Sequence record: MH791400.1
From: Escherichia phage EcSzw-2
DNA: 64,000 bases
Strand: one strand, 5' to 3'
Made by a program: the position numbers and the translations under genes. The notes beneath the pieces were generated by a model, which worked only from the letters and a program-made list of their open reading frames with translations, was not told where the DNA came from and did no database searches. Of the stretch, positions 15,760 to 24,799 are shown piece by piece. Each line of letters starts with the position of its first letter. The first letter of the stretch is position 1.

Positions 15760-15942
15760 TCAATTGTTTTCGTTATGTTTCTTTCCAGTTCCACCACAAT
15801 AAGGGCAGCAACCATAACTTACCAGACCTGTACCGTCGCAATCTTCACACTCTTCTGCACCGAAGTAGTGTTTAGCCAGAAGGTATCCAATTACAATCAG
15901 GCCACCAAATGACAGGATTAACTCTAACCAATAACCTTGCAT
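15760..15942 (-). CDS. small membrane-anchored protein with two DnaJ-type CxxCxGxG zinc-finger repeats (60 aa)
   Basis: TM segment LELILSFGGLIVIGYLLA followed by CEDCDGTG and CPYCGGTG. Confidence 0.5.
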   Translation of the reverse strand: MQGYWLELILSFGGLIVIGYLLAKHYFGAEECEDCDGTGLVSYGCCPYCGGTGKKHNENN

Positions 15943-16259
15943 AACTTCTCTCCAACATGTTTGTACAGGATGAAACTACGGTCATGAACAATACTTGAGG
16001 CAACTGCAAAGTTCTCTTCCAGTATTGCTTTGTTCGGATTATAGAATCCGTCTAAGAATTGGTCAAGTGCTAATTGGTGATTTTGTGGAAGACCTTTAAC
16101 ATAAATCTTCATAGAAAGCGTGGCAACCACTTCACCTTGAAGTTCATCTCGTGCTGCTACCAAGATTTGGTTAATGAACTTGTGACCATCTTCAGGACGT
16201 TTAATGTCATCCCAATTCTCTTCCAAGACCATATTGATATTCATCTGTTTGATTTTCAT
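15924..16259 (-). CDS. hypothetical protein (111 aa)
   Basis: ORF in operon. Confidence 0.5.
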   Translation of the reverse strand: MKIKQMNINMVLEENWDDIKRPEDGHKFINQILVAARDELQGEVVATLSMKIYVKGLPQNHQLALDQFLDGFYNPNKAILEENFAVASSIVHDRSFILYKHVGEKLCKVIG

Positions 16260-16275
16260 AACATTCTCCAGAAAT

Positions 16276-16296
16276 TAAAAAGGCTCCCGTAGGAGC
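16276..16296 (-). terminator. rho-independent terminator
   Basis: minus strand ggctccTACGggagcc + ttttt downstream of NAMPT-like gene. Confidence 0.7.
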
Positions 16297-16312
16297 CTCT
16301 TATAATACTTAT

Positions 16313-18139
16313 TTAAAGCTGTCTGTCAATAACATTTCGTACATCACGAAGGTTAACGTAGCCATATGGCTGAGAGTCGCAGAATACCAGCTTCAGAGCA
16401 CACTGAGGGTTATCCAGTACACTTTCAAACTCTGCAAAACCAAAGCCATCCACAGCTTCCAGCTTATCACCATCCCACATAGGGACTACACCACCAAAAG
16501 CAGACTTCTTAAGACCACTGTCAGTTTTAGGGTCTTTTGCCAGCATGATTTCTTCACCATCCATCTGTGCAAGAGTTGCTTTAACAGCAAATGCAAAGGT
16601 ATCACGAGTCATGTACTGGTAAGTGTATGAACCAACACCGAAGACAACGTTAGAACTTGCAAAGCCCTTTTCAGCAAGACGGCTAAGAATCTCTTCAGCA
16701 CGTTCCAGAGTGATAGAATCACCGTAGATTAAACCAATGTGTTCATCAAGAACTTTGTAGCCTTTAGAGTTTACAGCGCCACCAAAAATGTTGTACAGAG
16801 TCTTGATAGCACCATCAATTTCTGCTGTCAGCATTGGTTTAACAACAACTTGACCAGTCTTGTAAGTATCTTTCAGGTTAACTGTATCAGCAACGTTAAA
16901 GTCTTCTGCATCAACAACCAACTCATAACCTTCAGAGATTAGCCAAGCAGAGAAGCCATAGCCCATATCTGACATGTTGCAATTAAGGATTGCATCAAGC
17001 AGATAAGTATTGTTAGGAGAAATGGTTGACATGTGTTTGTAATACATGCTCTTAGCATTTTCCCATTCAATTGCACGATAGCCAGTAACAATGTGTACAG
17101 GGTCACCGGAATCTGGACGGATTACCAGTTTACCATCACGTTTCAGGATTACTTCACGGAGTTCTGGAAGAATCTCTGTAACTGTACGCCAGAAGTTGTA
17201 AGTATCGGACACAACACTTGCAATACCAGTTGGGTAAACATCTACCAGCAGGTGTTCAAATGTTTTAACCTCACCACGCCAGCGTTTAGCATCCAGCAAA
17301 CTATCAGACTGCATGATGTACTGTGAGTGAATGTCATCTTCTGTCAGGTCTTTCATATTCCATGAAATGTTTGCACACATCACAGAGTGTTCAGTTGCTG
17401 GAACAGAGTTACCAATATCACTTACAGTCATGAACTGACCATATGCACGTTTAGCAGTATACACAGCAGGGAAGCTATCAGTACCTTTAAAGCTTGTCAG
17501 GTGACCTACAGCATTGAAAGCATCATCTGTGAATCCAGACATACCACGCATTGCAAAGTCGTGACACTGCCAAGGAAGATGGAAGTCATTGTCACAGGTC
17601 TTATCAGACCAAGATTTACAGATACGTTTGTAATGCAGTGCAATAGTTGCAATGGTACAAGCTTTCCAGATTTCAGCAGAGAAAGCATCTTCCAGATAAC
17701 CAGCTACCCAATGGAAGCCCTCAACGGTATTTTTGAAGATAATCATTGGAACACGCATAGGAACGATTGTGCCTTCTTCAACAGAGTACACTGCAACTGG
17801 CAGATAGCCTAAGTCGTGAAGTTCTTCCCAATGATGACGCTTGATAGCATCTGCACCGAGAACACCATTCATGATTTCCAAGATTTCATCAACAGCTTCT
17901 TTCTTATCACGTTCGAAGAAAGTTGCATTCCAATGGTCTACTAAGTAATCTTTAACGAAACGTTGGATACCAAAAGCAACTACACCGTCAGTCTCCAAAG
18001 GAGTGTTAAACCACTTATTACCACGAGGTGTAAGGTTCAGCATCAGGTGCTGAGTTGTACTTGGGTACTGGTAGATGTGACCAGCTTTGTAAGCATCTGC
18101 GTTAAGACCTGCTGGAACTGCATAGATTGATTTAGACAT
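16313..18139 (-). CDS. nadV: nicotinamide phosphoribosyltransferase family protein (NAMPT/NadV-like; candidate Namat-type NAD+ synthesis enzyme)
   Basis: 608 aa; N-terminal ...NADAYKAGH... (DxYK) and C-terminal ...FGVGSYTYQYMTRDTFAFAVKAT...LAKDPKTDSGLKKSAFGG... are NAMPT hallmarks. Confidence 0.75.
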   Translation of the reverse strand: MSKSIYAVPAGLNADAYKAGHIYQYPSTTQHLMLNLTPRGNKWFNTPLETDGVVAFGIQRFVKDYLVDHWNATFFERDKKEAVDEILEIMNGVLGADAIKRHHWEELHDLGYLPVAVYSVEEGTIVPMRVPMIIFKNTVEGFHWVAGYLEDAFSAEIWKACTIATIALHYKRICKSWSDKTCDNDFHLPWQCHDFAMRGMSGFTDDAFNAVGHLTSFKGTDSFPAVYTAKRAYGQFMTVSDIGNSVPATEHSVMCANISWNMKDLTEDDIHSQYIMQSDSLLDAKRWRGEVKTFEHLLVDVYPTGIASVVSDTYNFWRTVTEILPELREVILKRDGKLVIRPDSGDPVHIVTGYRAIEWENAKSMYYKHMSTISPNNTYLLDAILNCNMSDMGYGFSAWLISEGYELVVDAEDFNVADTVNLKDTYKTGQVVVKPMLTAEIDGAIKTLYNIFGGAVNSKGYKVLDEHIGLIYGDSITLERAEEILSRLAEKGFASSNVVFGVGSYTYQYMTRDTFAFAVKATLAQMDGEEIMLAKDPKTDSGLKKSAFGGVVPMWDGDKLEAVDGFGFAEFESVLDNPQCALKLVFCDSQPYGYVNLRDVRNVIDRQL

Positions 18140-18159
18140 GTTTTAATCTCTCTCAAAGT

Positions 18160-18180
18160 GGGGCTTTGCAGCCCCTGATT
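18160..18180 (-). other. GNRA-loop GC hairpin (ggggcu-GCAA-agcccc) between Prs-like and NAMPT-like genes; no strong U-run
   Basis: ggggctttgcagcccc on + strand; same element at ~26159; relatives at ~13302 and ~49775. Confidence 0.5.
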
Positions 18181-18184
18181 AATT

Positions 18185-19066
18185 TTAGTAAATGTTTGCT
18201 ACAGTTACTTGACCGAAATGAGTCAGACCACGGTCTTTTGCACTACCTAAAGAGTCTGTAGTGTAGATGTGTGAAATCCCATTGTCAAGCAGGTTTTCAA
18301 CACCTTTTGAGAAAATACCATGTGTTACATACAGTTCAACTTTAGCTGCTCCAGCTTCACGAAGATACTTGGCTGCTTCAATGAATGTACGACCACCATC
18401 ACAGATATCATCAATGATGAGTACAGTTTTACCAGTCAGGTCTACATCATCCAGTAGACGCATACCTGTAATCTCACCAGTCTTCAGGTCTCGAACCTTA
18501 GCCATTGTAACGTAAGGCTTATCAACCTCTTTAGCCGTCTCTGCAATCTTCTTAGCTGCTCCTGCATCTGGTGCTACCAAGAAATCAATGGTAGGCTCAC
18601 TGGCATAGTGTGCTGCAACATCTTTTTGATGGATGTTCTGGAAGCATTTGAACAGGTTATCTGCAACGTCACTGTGGGCGTCTAGAGCACATACTGCATC
18701 AAAACCCATTGCATTGACCAGATTAGCAAACACCTTTAGTGCTGCTGCATCACCTTTAAATATGTGACGGTCATAGCGAGCATTTGGCAGATAAGCAAAG
18801 ATGACAGTTTTCATAGTTGCTTGCTGAGGAATCATTTTGTCGATTGCCTCTTTTGCCAGAGCTAAAGCAAACAATGTGTCTTTGTCATAACCCTGTACAG
18901 TGAAGATGACGTTCTCAATCTGGGAAGCATTCTCTTCAGCATAGATTACTAAGTCTTCAGAGAAGTTACCACCAATTTCTCCAGACGGGAACTGGATAAT
19001 GTTGAACTCTTCTTGGTGAGCACCTTTTTTCTGTGAGTGCAACAGTACGCTAATAATAGTTTTCAT
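18185..19066 (-). CDS. prs: ribose-phosphate pyrophosphokinase (PRPP synthetase) family protein; could equally be an ADPR-pyrophosphate synthetase (Adps-like)
   Basis: 293 aa; PRPP-binding loop VLIIDDICDGGRT; directly upstream of NAMPT-like gene. Confidence 0.7.
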   Translation of the reverse strand: MKTIISVLLHSQKKGAHQEEFNIIQFPSGEIGGNFSEDLVIYAEENASQIENVIFTVQGYDKDTLFALALAKEAIDKMIPQQATMKTVIFAYLPNARYDRHIFKGDAAALKVFANLVNAMGFDAVCALDAHSDVADNLFKCFQNIHQKDVAAHYASEPTIDFLVAPDAGAAKKIAETAKEVDKPYVTMAKVRDLKTGEITGMRLLDDVDLTGKTVLIIDDICDGGRTFIEAAKYLREAGAAKVELYVTHGIFSKGVENLLDNGISHIYTTDSLGSAKDRGLTHFGQVTVANIY

Positions 19067-19078
19067 CTTTAATCTCTC

Positions 19079-19429
19079 TCAATCAAAAGTTACAAAGGTT
19101 ACAGCCATAGCTGTTTTGCATTTTTGTGGATTCACAATGTGATAGATTACTGAACAGTTATCTGTTCCATCTGGGACTGGTTTTGTCCAAGTGCGTTCAA
19201 CATTTGGTTCACCGAGTTCTTTGTAGAATCCATTTGTGTGATGGTCAATCATCTCAAGTGCTAATGAGTCTGGTACATGACCACGAATCATATACATCTC
19301 ACAACCATTGCCAGCATCACTTACAAGGTCTTTTATTTCCCAATCTGCTCTAGCCACGATAAGTTGCCTTATAAACAGTTTCGAATTTCGACAAGAGAGA
19401 TATTGCCAGAACTGCATATTCTCTGTCAA
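19079..19429 (-). CDS. hypothetical protein (116 aa; start uncertain, overlaps HNH ORF)
   Basis: ORF in operon. Confidence 0.4.
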   Translation of the reverse strand: MTENMQFWQYLSCRNSKLFIRQLIVARADWEIKDLVSDAGNGCEMYMIRGHVPDSLALEMIDHHTNGFYKELGEPNVERTWTKPVPDGTDNCSVIYHIVNPQKCKTAMAVTFVTFD

Positions 19430-19865
19430 GCATTGGTGGCATATTATTTTTTAGATACTCTTTTTGTTCTTCGTAAGTCATCTTTGGAGTATCTAAAACC
19501 TTCTCACCTTGCTTCTGGTTATCAATCTTAGTTTGGATAAACCAGTTTGCACAGTGGTGTTCACCACCTTTTGTGACTGGCTTGTGATGGCCTAATGTAA
19601 AGGCTTGCTTGCCAGAATAACGACAAAGCTTGTTAAGAGTTGCAATAGTGTTCTTGACAACACAGTATTCATAAAGGTTGTCAATTGTATAGTGAGGGTA
19701 GTATGCAAAGAGGGAACTGTCACGGAACTTCCCACGATTCCAGAGAACCATGTGATTAGAGTTGGAAGGGTCATACTGATGGGAATCAATAAACTCTTGA
19801 CGTTCATCAAAGTCAAGTCTAAGAACAGACATTGCAGCAGCACGTTTCAAGTTAGGTAAGTACAT
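19350..19865 (-). CDS. HNH endonuclease (probable free-standing homing endonuclease)
   Basis: Motif GHHKPVTKGGEHHCANW...N (HNH His/Asn core). Confidence 0.55.
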   Translation of the reverse strand: MYLPNLKRAAAMSVLRLDFDERQEFIDSHQYDPSNSNHMVLWNRGKFRDSSLFAYYPHYTIDNLYEYCVVKNTIATLNKLCRYSGKQAFTLGHHKPVTKGGEHHCANWFIQTKIDNQKQGEKVLDTPKMTYEEQKEYLKNNMPPMLDREYAVLAISLLSKFETVYKATYRG

Positions 19866-19879
19866 TTTCTCTCCAAAAT

Positions 19880-19904
19880 AAAAAGGGAACCTTTTACAGT
19901 TCCC
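19880..19904 (-). terminator. rho-independent terminator
   Basis: minus strand gggaac-tgtaaaag-gttccc + ttttt. Confidence 0.65.
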
Positions 19905-19917
19905 TAATCATAACGAA

Positions 19918-20229
19918 TTATTGAAGCTCTTTCAAGACTCTTACAAAATCTTCTTGGCTTACATCCGTCTTAAGTGATTCAGACGGTTTGACAAGGTTGT
20001 TTGTACACACAATCTTCTTGTGTTTTTTGTCATAAGTCAGCTTCAGTTGGTGCAATTCTTTATTGGATTCACTCTGTGAGTTATACATCTCAACAGCCTT
20101 TTTGAATGGTGTATACTCACCACCAAAAGCTAAAAATCCTGTACCACAATAATGTGCGTTATGTTTGTCATACATGAACTGGCAAAGCATTAAAATCTGA
20201 AGCTTACGAGTGTTATAAATCTTGCTCAT
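19918..20229 (-). CDS. hypothetical protein (103 aa)
   Basis: ORF followed by a terminator. Confidence 0.55.
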   Translation of the reverse strand: MSKIYNTRKLQILMLCQFMYDKHNAHYCGTGFLAFGGEYTPFKKAVEMYNSQSESNKELHQLKLTYDKKHKKIVCTNNLVKPSESLKTDVSQEDFVRVLKELQ

Positions 20230-20240
20230 GACAATTTTCC

Positions 20241-20498
20241 TTATTTGTTACGTTTACGGTTACGTGCTTTCTTAGCTGCACGTTTAATAGCTGCTGCACC
20301 AGTCTGACGATGGGCTTGTTTCTTACCACCTTTGCCACGACCTACATAGATGTATGGCTGTGCAAGAGTCTGTGCATTGATGCTGTCAGTGACAGTTTTG
20401 ATATCAATTCCTGCATCTTTACCAGTTGTTGCAATCACTGCTGCAACCTTTGCCAGAGCCGCTAACATACGGCTTTTCATTCCACTAAAAATTCCCAT
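20241..20498 (-). CDS. hypothetical protein with highly basic C-terminal tail (85 aa)
   Basis: C-terminus ...AAIKRAAKKARNRKRNK. Confidence 0.5.
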   Translation of the reverse strand: MGIFSGMKSRMLAALAKVAAVIATTGKDAGIDIKTVTDSINAQTLAQPYIYVGRGKGGKKQAHRQTGAAAIKRAAKKARNRKRNK

Positions 20499-20513
20499 TT
20501 TAATCTCTCTCTT

Positions 20514-20831
20514 TTAAAGTTTGATGCAGAACTGTGTAAGTTCTTCTTCTGTAATTCCGACAACAGAACCACCGACAACAAGGTTTGTAATGTAGAAATT
20601 GGAGTTGTGACCTTTGAATTTAACTTTAAAGGTTCCAGCTTTTTCAATTTCTGCCAGAGCACTAAGACCTGTACTACCAAACAGAGACTGAGTGTAGTCT
20701 TTCCAGTCTTCCAGTTTGTCTTGATTAACTTTATATTGACCAAGAACAGACATGTTGCAACCAATTACTAAAAACTCACCTCTGCGAAAGCCATTACTCA
20801 GCTCTCCATTGACAATCACCTTGCCACCCAT
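20514..20831 (-). CDS. hypothetical protein (probable start at ATG 20831 with GGAG RBS; track ORF extends to 20912 via TTG)
   Basis: ORF; overlaps 3' end of nrdG in a different frame. Confidence 0.45.
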   Translation of the reverse strand: MGGKVIVNGELSNGFRRGEFLVIGCNMSVLGQYKVNQDKLEDWKDYTQSLFGSTGLSALAEIEKAGTFKVKFKGHNSNFYITNLVVGGSVVGITEEELTQFCIKL

Positions 20832-21279
20832 ATTCTTTTCTCCAAAGGTTTTGGTTATCAGAACCACGATACGGTTTGTTCGTTGGTTTAGAAGCATCAT
20901 ACTTACCATCAATCACCACGTCAATATATTTCATCACTTCATGGTGAATTTTTTGGTGAAGCTGGAAACCTGTCCAAAGCCAGATAGATTTCTCTGGGTA
21001 ATGTTCTTTGACAGTTTTGCAGATATACGCTACAGTGTCAATGTTTCGTTCTTCTAAAGGTTCTCCACCTAACACTGACAAACCTTCTATACCTTCATCT
21101 TTCAACATAGCTAAGATATCAGCCATATCAAAATCAGTAAACTCTTTACCTGCATTGAATTTCCAAGATTCTTTGTTGAAGCAACCTTCACAGTGATGCT
21201 TGCAACCAGCCACAAAGATACTTACACGAGCACCTTCGCCATTAGCTGTATCAAATCCTCGAATTTCCATAAAATTCAT
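20794..21279 (-). CDS. nrdG: anaerobic ribonucleotide reductase activating protein NrdG (radical SAM)
   Basis: CxxxCxxC cluster motif ...VAGCKHHCEGCFN...; size 161 aa; near nrdD. Confidence 0.8.
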   Translation of the reverse strand: MNFMEIRGFDTANGEGARVSIFVAGCKHHCEGCFNKESWKFNAGKEFTDFDMADILAMLKDEGIEGLSVLGGEPLEERNIDTVAYICKTVKEHYPEKSIWLWTGFQLHQKIHHEVMKYIDVVIDGKYDASKPTNKPYRGSDNQNLWRKEYGWQGDCQWRAE

Positions 21280-21674
21280 TCTCCTACCTCCACTTCAATC
21301 TTCTCGTAAGACATAACATATTCTGGACAGTGTTTATAAATGAAATCTTGCAAGATTTTACTATCTTGTGCAGCAGTCATCAAGGCCACGTACTTAGGAT
21401 TCATCTTCTGGATGTAGCTGTAGAACGAGATATCACCAATCTCAGTTCCCCAATCATCAGTCCAAGTTCCTGTGATGATAATGATTTTATCAAGTAACCA
21501 ATCAGGGACTACTAAGTTTTCATCCTCTTTGATTGAGTCAATGAGTTCTTGAGTGATGGTTAACTCACTGGTGATGTAAAAGCTTGAACCACGACGATGC
21601 TCTTTCTCACACTTTCCATCATCTAACGTGCATTCTTTCAGCACTTCCATTAACGCTTTGGAGATTTTAAACAT
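21276..21674 (-). CDS. hypothetical protein (132 aa)
   Basis: ORF; 4-nt overlap with nrdG start. Confidence 0.5.
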   Translation of the reverse strand: MFKISKALMEVLKECTLDDGKCEKEHRRGSSFYITSELTITQELIDSIKEDENLVVPDWLLDKIIIITGTWTDDWGTEIGDISFYSYIQKMNPKYVALMTAAQDSKILQDFIYKHCPEYVMSYEKIEVEVGE

Positions 21675-21765
21675 TTTAACTTGCCTCTTAAGTCACAATA
21701 AAGGAGTCCTAGAAAGAACCCTAGTAAGACAGAACCAATGAACATACCTAGGATATTGATTAACA

Positions 21766-22119
21766 TCAGTTCCACCATATAGTTTTCTGATTATCACACT
21801 GATACAGATGTTCTGTACTTGTTTGTGGTACAAGAATTGTAGTATTCCCGCTTACCACGCTGATAAAGTACGTTACCTCACGAGTCTCCTGGGTCTTAAC
21901 ACAGTGATTCTCCTCCATCCATATAGATGTTTTATAAGAGAAGTACACAGCTAAAGATACTAACATAACTATAACGAAAGCACCGAATCTGATAAAGAAC
22001 TCAGGCCAGAAGTCATAGCTCCCAAAAGATGTATACAGGTGTGTAATGTAGAAGATAACAACTACTGCCAAAACGCAGACTAAAGCAAAAAGCCATATTG
22101 ACATTTTGGTTTGCTCCAA
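21766..22119 (-). CDS. hypothetical membrane protein (2 predicted TM helices)
   Basis: Hydrophobic stretches SIWLFALVCVLAVVVIFYI and FGAFVIVMLVSLAVYF. Confidence 0.5.
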   Translation of the reverse strand: MEQTKMSIWLFALVCVLAVVVIFYITHLYTSFGSYDFWPEFFIRFGAFVIVMLVSLAVYFSYKTSIWMEENHCVKTQETREVTYFISVVSGNTTILVPQTSTEHLYQCDNQKTIWWN

Positions 22120-22169
22120 TAAAAAAGGTGATGCAAGCCTATCAAGACCTACACCACCTTGTCAACTAT

Positions 22170-24311
22170 TTACATAGATTTTCTGTCACGAATTTCAGCA
22201 ATCTTCGCATCATTCATTCTTGAAGTTCCCTTGATTTTTGTCCACCCAAGGTAACCACAAACACGGTTAATGACTGAGATATCATGTGAATGGCACTTAG
22301 GACACTCTTCGACGTCTGCATTAGGACGATGACCACAATTCTCACAGATTGCTAAGTCAAAGTTAACACCTTGGTAGAATCCTTTCCCCATACCTCTTGA
22401 GACACAAGCCCTGATAGCTTTATGGTTCTCTGGGTTAGCCAGACGTACATACTGGATATGCCCACCATTACAGCTATGGAACAGAGGTTCTTCCAAGTCT
22501 TGCTTCTGATACGGAGTAATATCTGCTGCAACGTTCATATGGAAGCTGTTAGTGAAGTATTCTTTATCAGAAACATCTTTCACAACACCGAACATATTAC
22601 GGAACTGCTTCAATTGCGTACCACAAAGGCTCTCAGCAGGTGTACCGTAAAGGGCATACAAGAAGCCATCTTGCTCTTTAAAGTACGCCAGACGGTCATT
22701 CAGGTAGTCCAGAACTTGCTGTGCAATCACTTTCTGAGACTCATGCAGTCTACCTTCTCCAGCCAGCACAGAGAGTTCATCAAGTGCAGTTACACCGAAA
22801 GAAGCTGTGAAGGATTTCACGGTATCCCAACCAATCTTGTCAGTTGGCTTCTTATCTCCTTTGTACAGGCCACCTTGTGTAAAGGCCAGAGGGTTTGAAC
22901 TTGCTGGCATGTTAGCAATCATCTCATAGCGTTTTTTGTGGAAGCTACGAATCATTTCAAGGTATTTATCAAGCTCTTTCCAGAAGTCTAAACCGTTCTC
23001 TTTAGCATACTGGTAAATCATTGGCAAGTTCAAAGATACTGCACCAATATTTGCACGACCAACGTAGAACTCTTCCCCATTTTCATCATAGTATGGAGAT
23101 AGGAAAGCTCGACAACCCATCGGTGAAATCACCTTACCAGAACGTTCAAAAGCTTCTGCGACAGCACCATGACCGGATACACTCAAGAAGTCTGGGTACA
23201 TTGCTTTAGAGCAACACTCAATAGCTTTATTGTACAGTTGGCCTTGACAGATATCTTCGCTGTGTCTTGTATGGTCATGGATGTAAACCAGTTTAGGGAA
23301 CACAACAGGTTTCTTGTTCTTACCTTGACCATTCATACGAACATCAAGAATAGTGTTTGCAATCATATACTGAAGACGGTTATCTTCATCAGCCATATCT
23401 GAACCAAGTAAACCAAATGTTAGAGTTGTGAATGCAAAGTCACCACGGCTGCAAGGTACAGTATTCAGCTTCATCTCCAGTGACTGAAAACCTTGAGTTA
23501 GTTCAATCTGTAGCTGTTCCATTACATAATTGTAGTAATGTTCTTTTGGAATCCCATAAGAAGTTGCTTTCTCAGCATGGTAGCGTAAAGACTTCTTAGC
23601 ATACGGTACGAGAACCTTATCAATCTCTGGGATTGTGAAGCCACCAAATTGCTGTGCAGTTGCTGATAACACAACATCACCAATAACCTGTAAAGCTGAC
23701 AGAACAGACTTAGGTTCACAGTATTCAATACCGGACATTTCAAAGCCACCTTTCAGGACTTTACCAATGTCAAATAGGCAACAGTTAATACCACCAAATA
23801 CCAAATCTCTCAGGTCGTGAATGTAGATGAAACCTGCTTCAATAGCTTCAAGTTCTTCTGGTGTCAAGTGATACTGCTTAAAGATTTCTTTAGTCAGGTA
23901 TCCACGAATGATAGAACCTTTTGTAGAGATTAAGCTACTGTCAAAGTTAGCATTCTCACGGTCACCTAAGAAGAGGGTATCTTTGGTCTTCTGATAGAGT
24001 TCATCCCAATTCTGTGCAACCTCTTTACGATAGTTACGATAGGTTGAATAAGATTCATAAATCTCGTGATTAACTTCTGCTAAAGCCCCTTCAACAATGC
24101 TGTGAATGTCATCTACAGAAATCAGCAAAGCATTCTGGTTAGAAGCCTTTACAAGAATCCGCATAAAAGCTGACTCAAGAGCATGAACAACTTCTAATGG
24201 GAGTTCTTTATAGCCAACTCGGTTAGCTGACTTTGTAACTGCTGCTAGGACTTTCTTAATATCTGGTTCTTCAAGTGAGCCATTCTTTTTAATAATTTGT
24301 ACTTTGACCAT
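22170..24311 (-). CDS. nrdD: anaerobic ribonucleoside-triphosphate reductase NrdD (class III), start revised to ATG at 24311
   Basis: ~713 aa; ATP-cone-like N-terminus MVKVQIIKKNGSLEEPDIKKV; AAGGAG RBS 7 nt upstream; the track's longer ORF would read through the upstream terminator. Confidence 0.85.
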   Translation of the reverse strand: MVKVQIIKKNGSLEEPDIKKVLAAVTKSANRVGYKELPLEVVHALESAFMRILVKASNQNALLISVDDIHSIVEGALAEVNHEIYESYSTYRNYRKEVAQNWDELYQKTKDTLFLGDRENANFDSSLISTKGSIIRGYLTKEIFKQYHLTPEELEAIEAGFIYIHDLRDLVFGGINCCLFDIGKVLKGGFEMSGIEYCEPKSVLSALQVIGDVVLSATAQQFGGFTIPEIDKVLVPYAKKSLRYHAEKATSYGIPKEHYYNYVMEQLQIELTQGFQSLEMKLNTVPCSRGDFAFTTLTFGLLGSDMADEDNRLQYMIANTILDVRMNGQGKNKKPVVFPKLVYIHDHTRHSEDICQGQLYNKAIECCSKAMYPDFLSVSGHGAVAEAFERSGKVISPMGCRAFLSPYYDENGEEFYVGRANIGAVSLNLPMIYQYAKENGLDFWKELDKYLEMIRSFHKKRYEMIANMPASSNPLAFTQGGLYKGDKKPTDKIGWDTVKSFTASFGVTALDELSVLAGEGRLHESQKVIAQQVLDYLNDRLAYFKEQDGFLYALYGTPAESLCGTQLKQFRNMFGVVKDVSDKEYFTNSFHMNVAADITPYQKQDLEEPLFHSCNGGHIQYVRLANPENHKAIRACVSRGMGKGFYQGVNFDLAICENCGHRPNADVEECPKCHSHDISVINRVCGYLGWTKIKGTSRMNDAKIAEIRDRKSM

Positions 24312-24330
24312 TTGTGCTCCTTTATATACG

Positions 24331-24352
24331 AAAAAGGTCTCCGAAGAGACCC
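24331..24352 (-). terminator. rho-independent terminator (UUCG loop)
   Basis: minus strand gggtctcTTCGgagacc + ttttt. Confidence 0.75.
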
Positions 24353-24357
24353 TTATA

Positions 24358-24564
24358 TTAATTCTTTTTGAAAATCTTCTCAACAAACTTTTTGAGTTTG
24401 CTGCTAATGTCAAGATGGATTTCTAGAATCTCAAAGATTACCCATACTAGCATAGCACCAAACAAAGCACCTTGTTTGATATCAATAAACAGGTTCACAA
24501 AGAAGAAACCTAAGACAATCATCGGTGCATCAACTGTGAAACCTTCCCACAAACGCTTAAGCAT
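24358..24564 (-). CDS. small hydrophobic membrane protein (68 aa)
   Basis: Two hydrophobic segments; followed by a terminator. Confidence 0.45.
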   Translation of the reverse strand: MLKRLWEGFTVDAPMIVLGFFFVNLFIDIKQGALFGAMLVWVIFEILEIHLDISSKLKKFVEKIFKKN

Positions 24565-24799
24565 TGTTCACCTCTGCCATAAAGTTTTGTAGTGTTCCAA
24601 CCGGAGTCAGAACATTGCCATCAGTCTTCATGATGAATGGCATCTGACGAACTGGCATCTGTGCAATATCCATCAGTCCTGTCAGTTCATAGTCCTGTCC
24701 TAACATTCTTACAACGTGGTCAATACCACGAGCCTTTGCAAAGTTCTTTGCAGTTTCACACTGAGGGCAACCAGTTTTGGAGTAAATTACGTAAGTCAT
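24557..24799 (-). CDS. glutaredoxin/NrdH-like redoxin (CPQC active site)
   Basis: 80 aa; YSKTGCPQCETAK thioredoxin-fold motif; adjacent to nrdB. Confidence 0.75.
   Translation of the reverse strand: MTYVIYSKTGCPQCETAKNFAKARGIDHVVRMLGQDYELTGLMDIAQMPVRQMPFIMKTDGNVLTPVGTLQNFMAEVNNA

Noticed and set aside
20477-20764. 95-aa minus-strand ORF overlapping the 20514..20831 gene
   Set aside because: Out-of-frame overlap with a better-supported ORF (GGAG RBS, operon context); low-complexity Leu/Val/Lys-rich translation.
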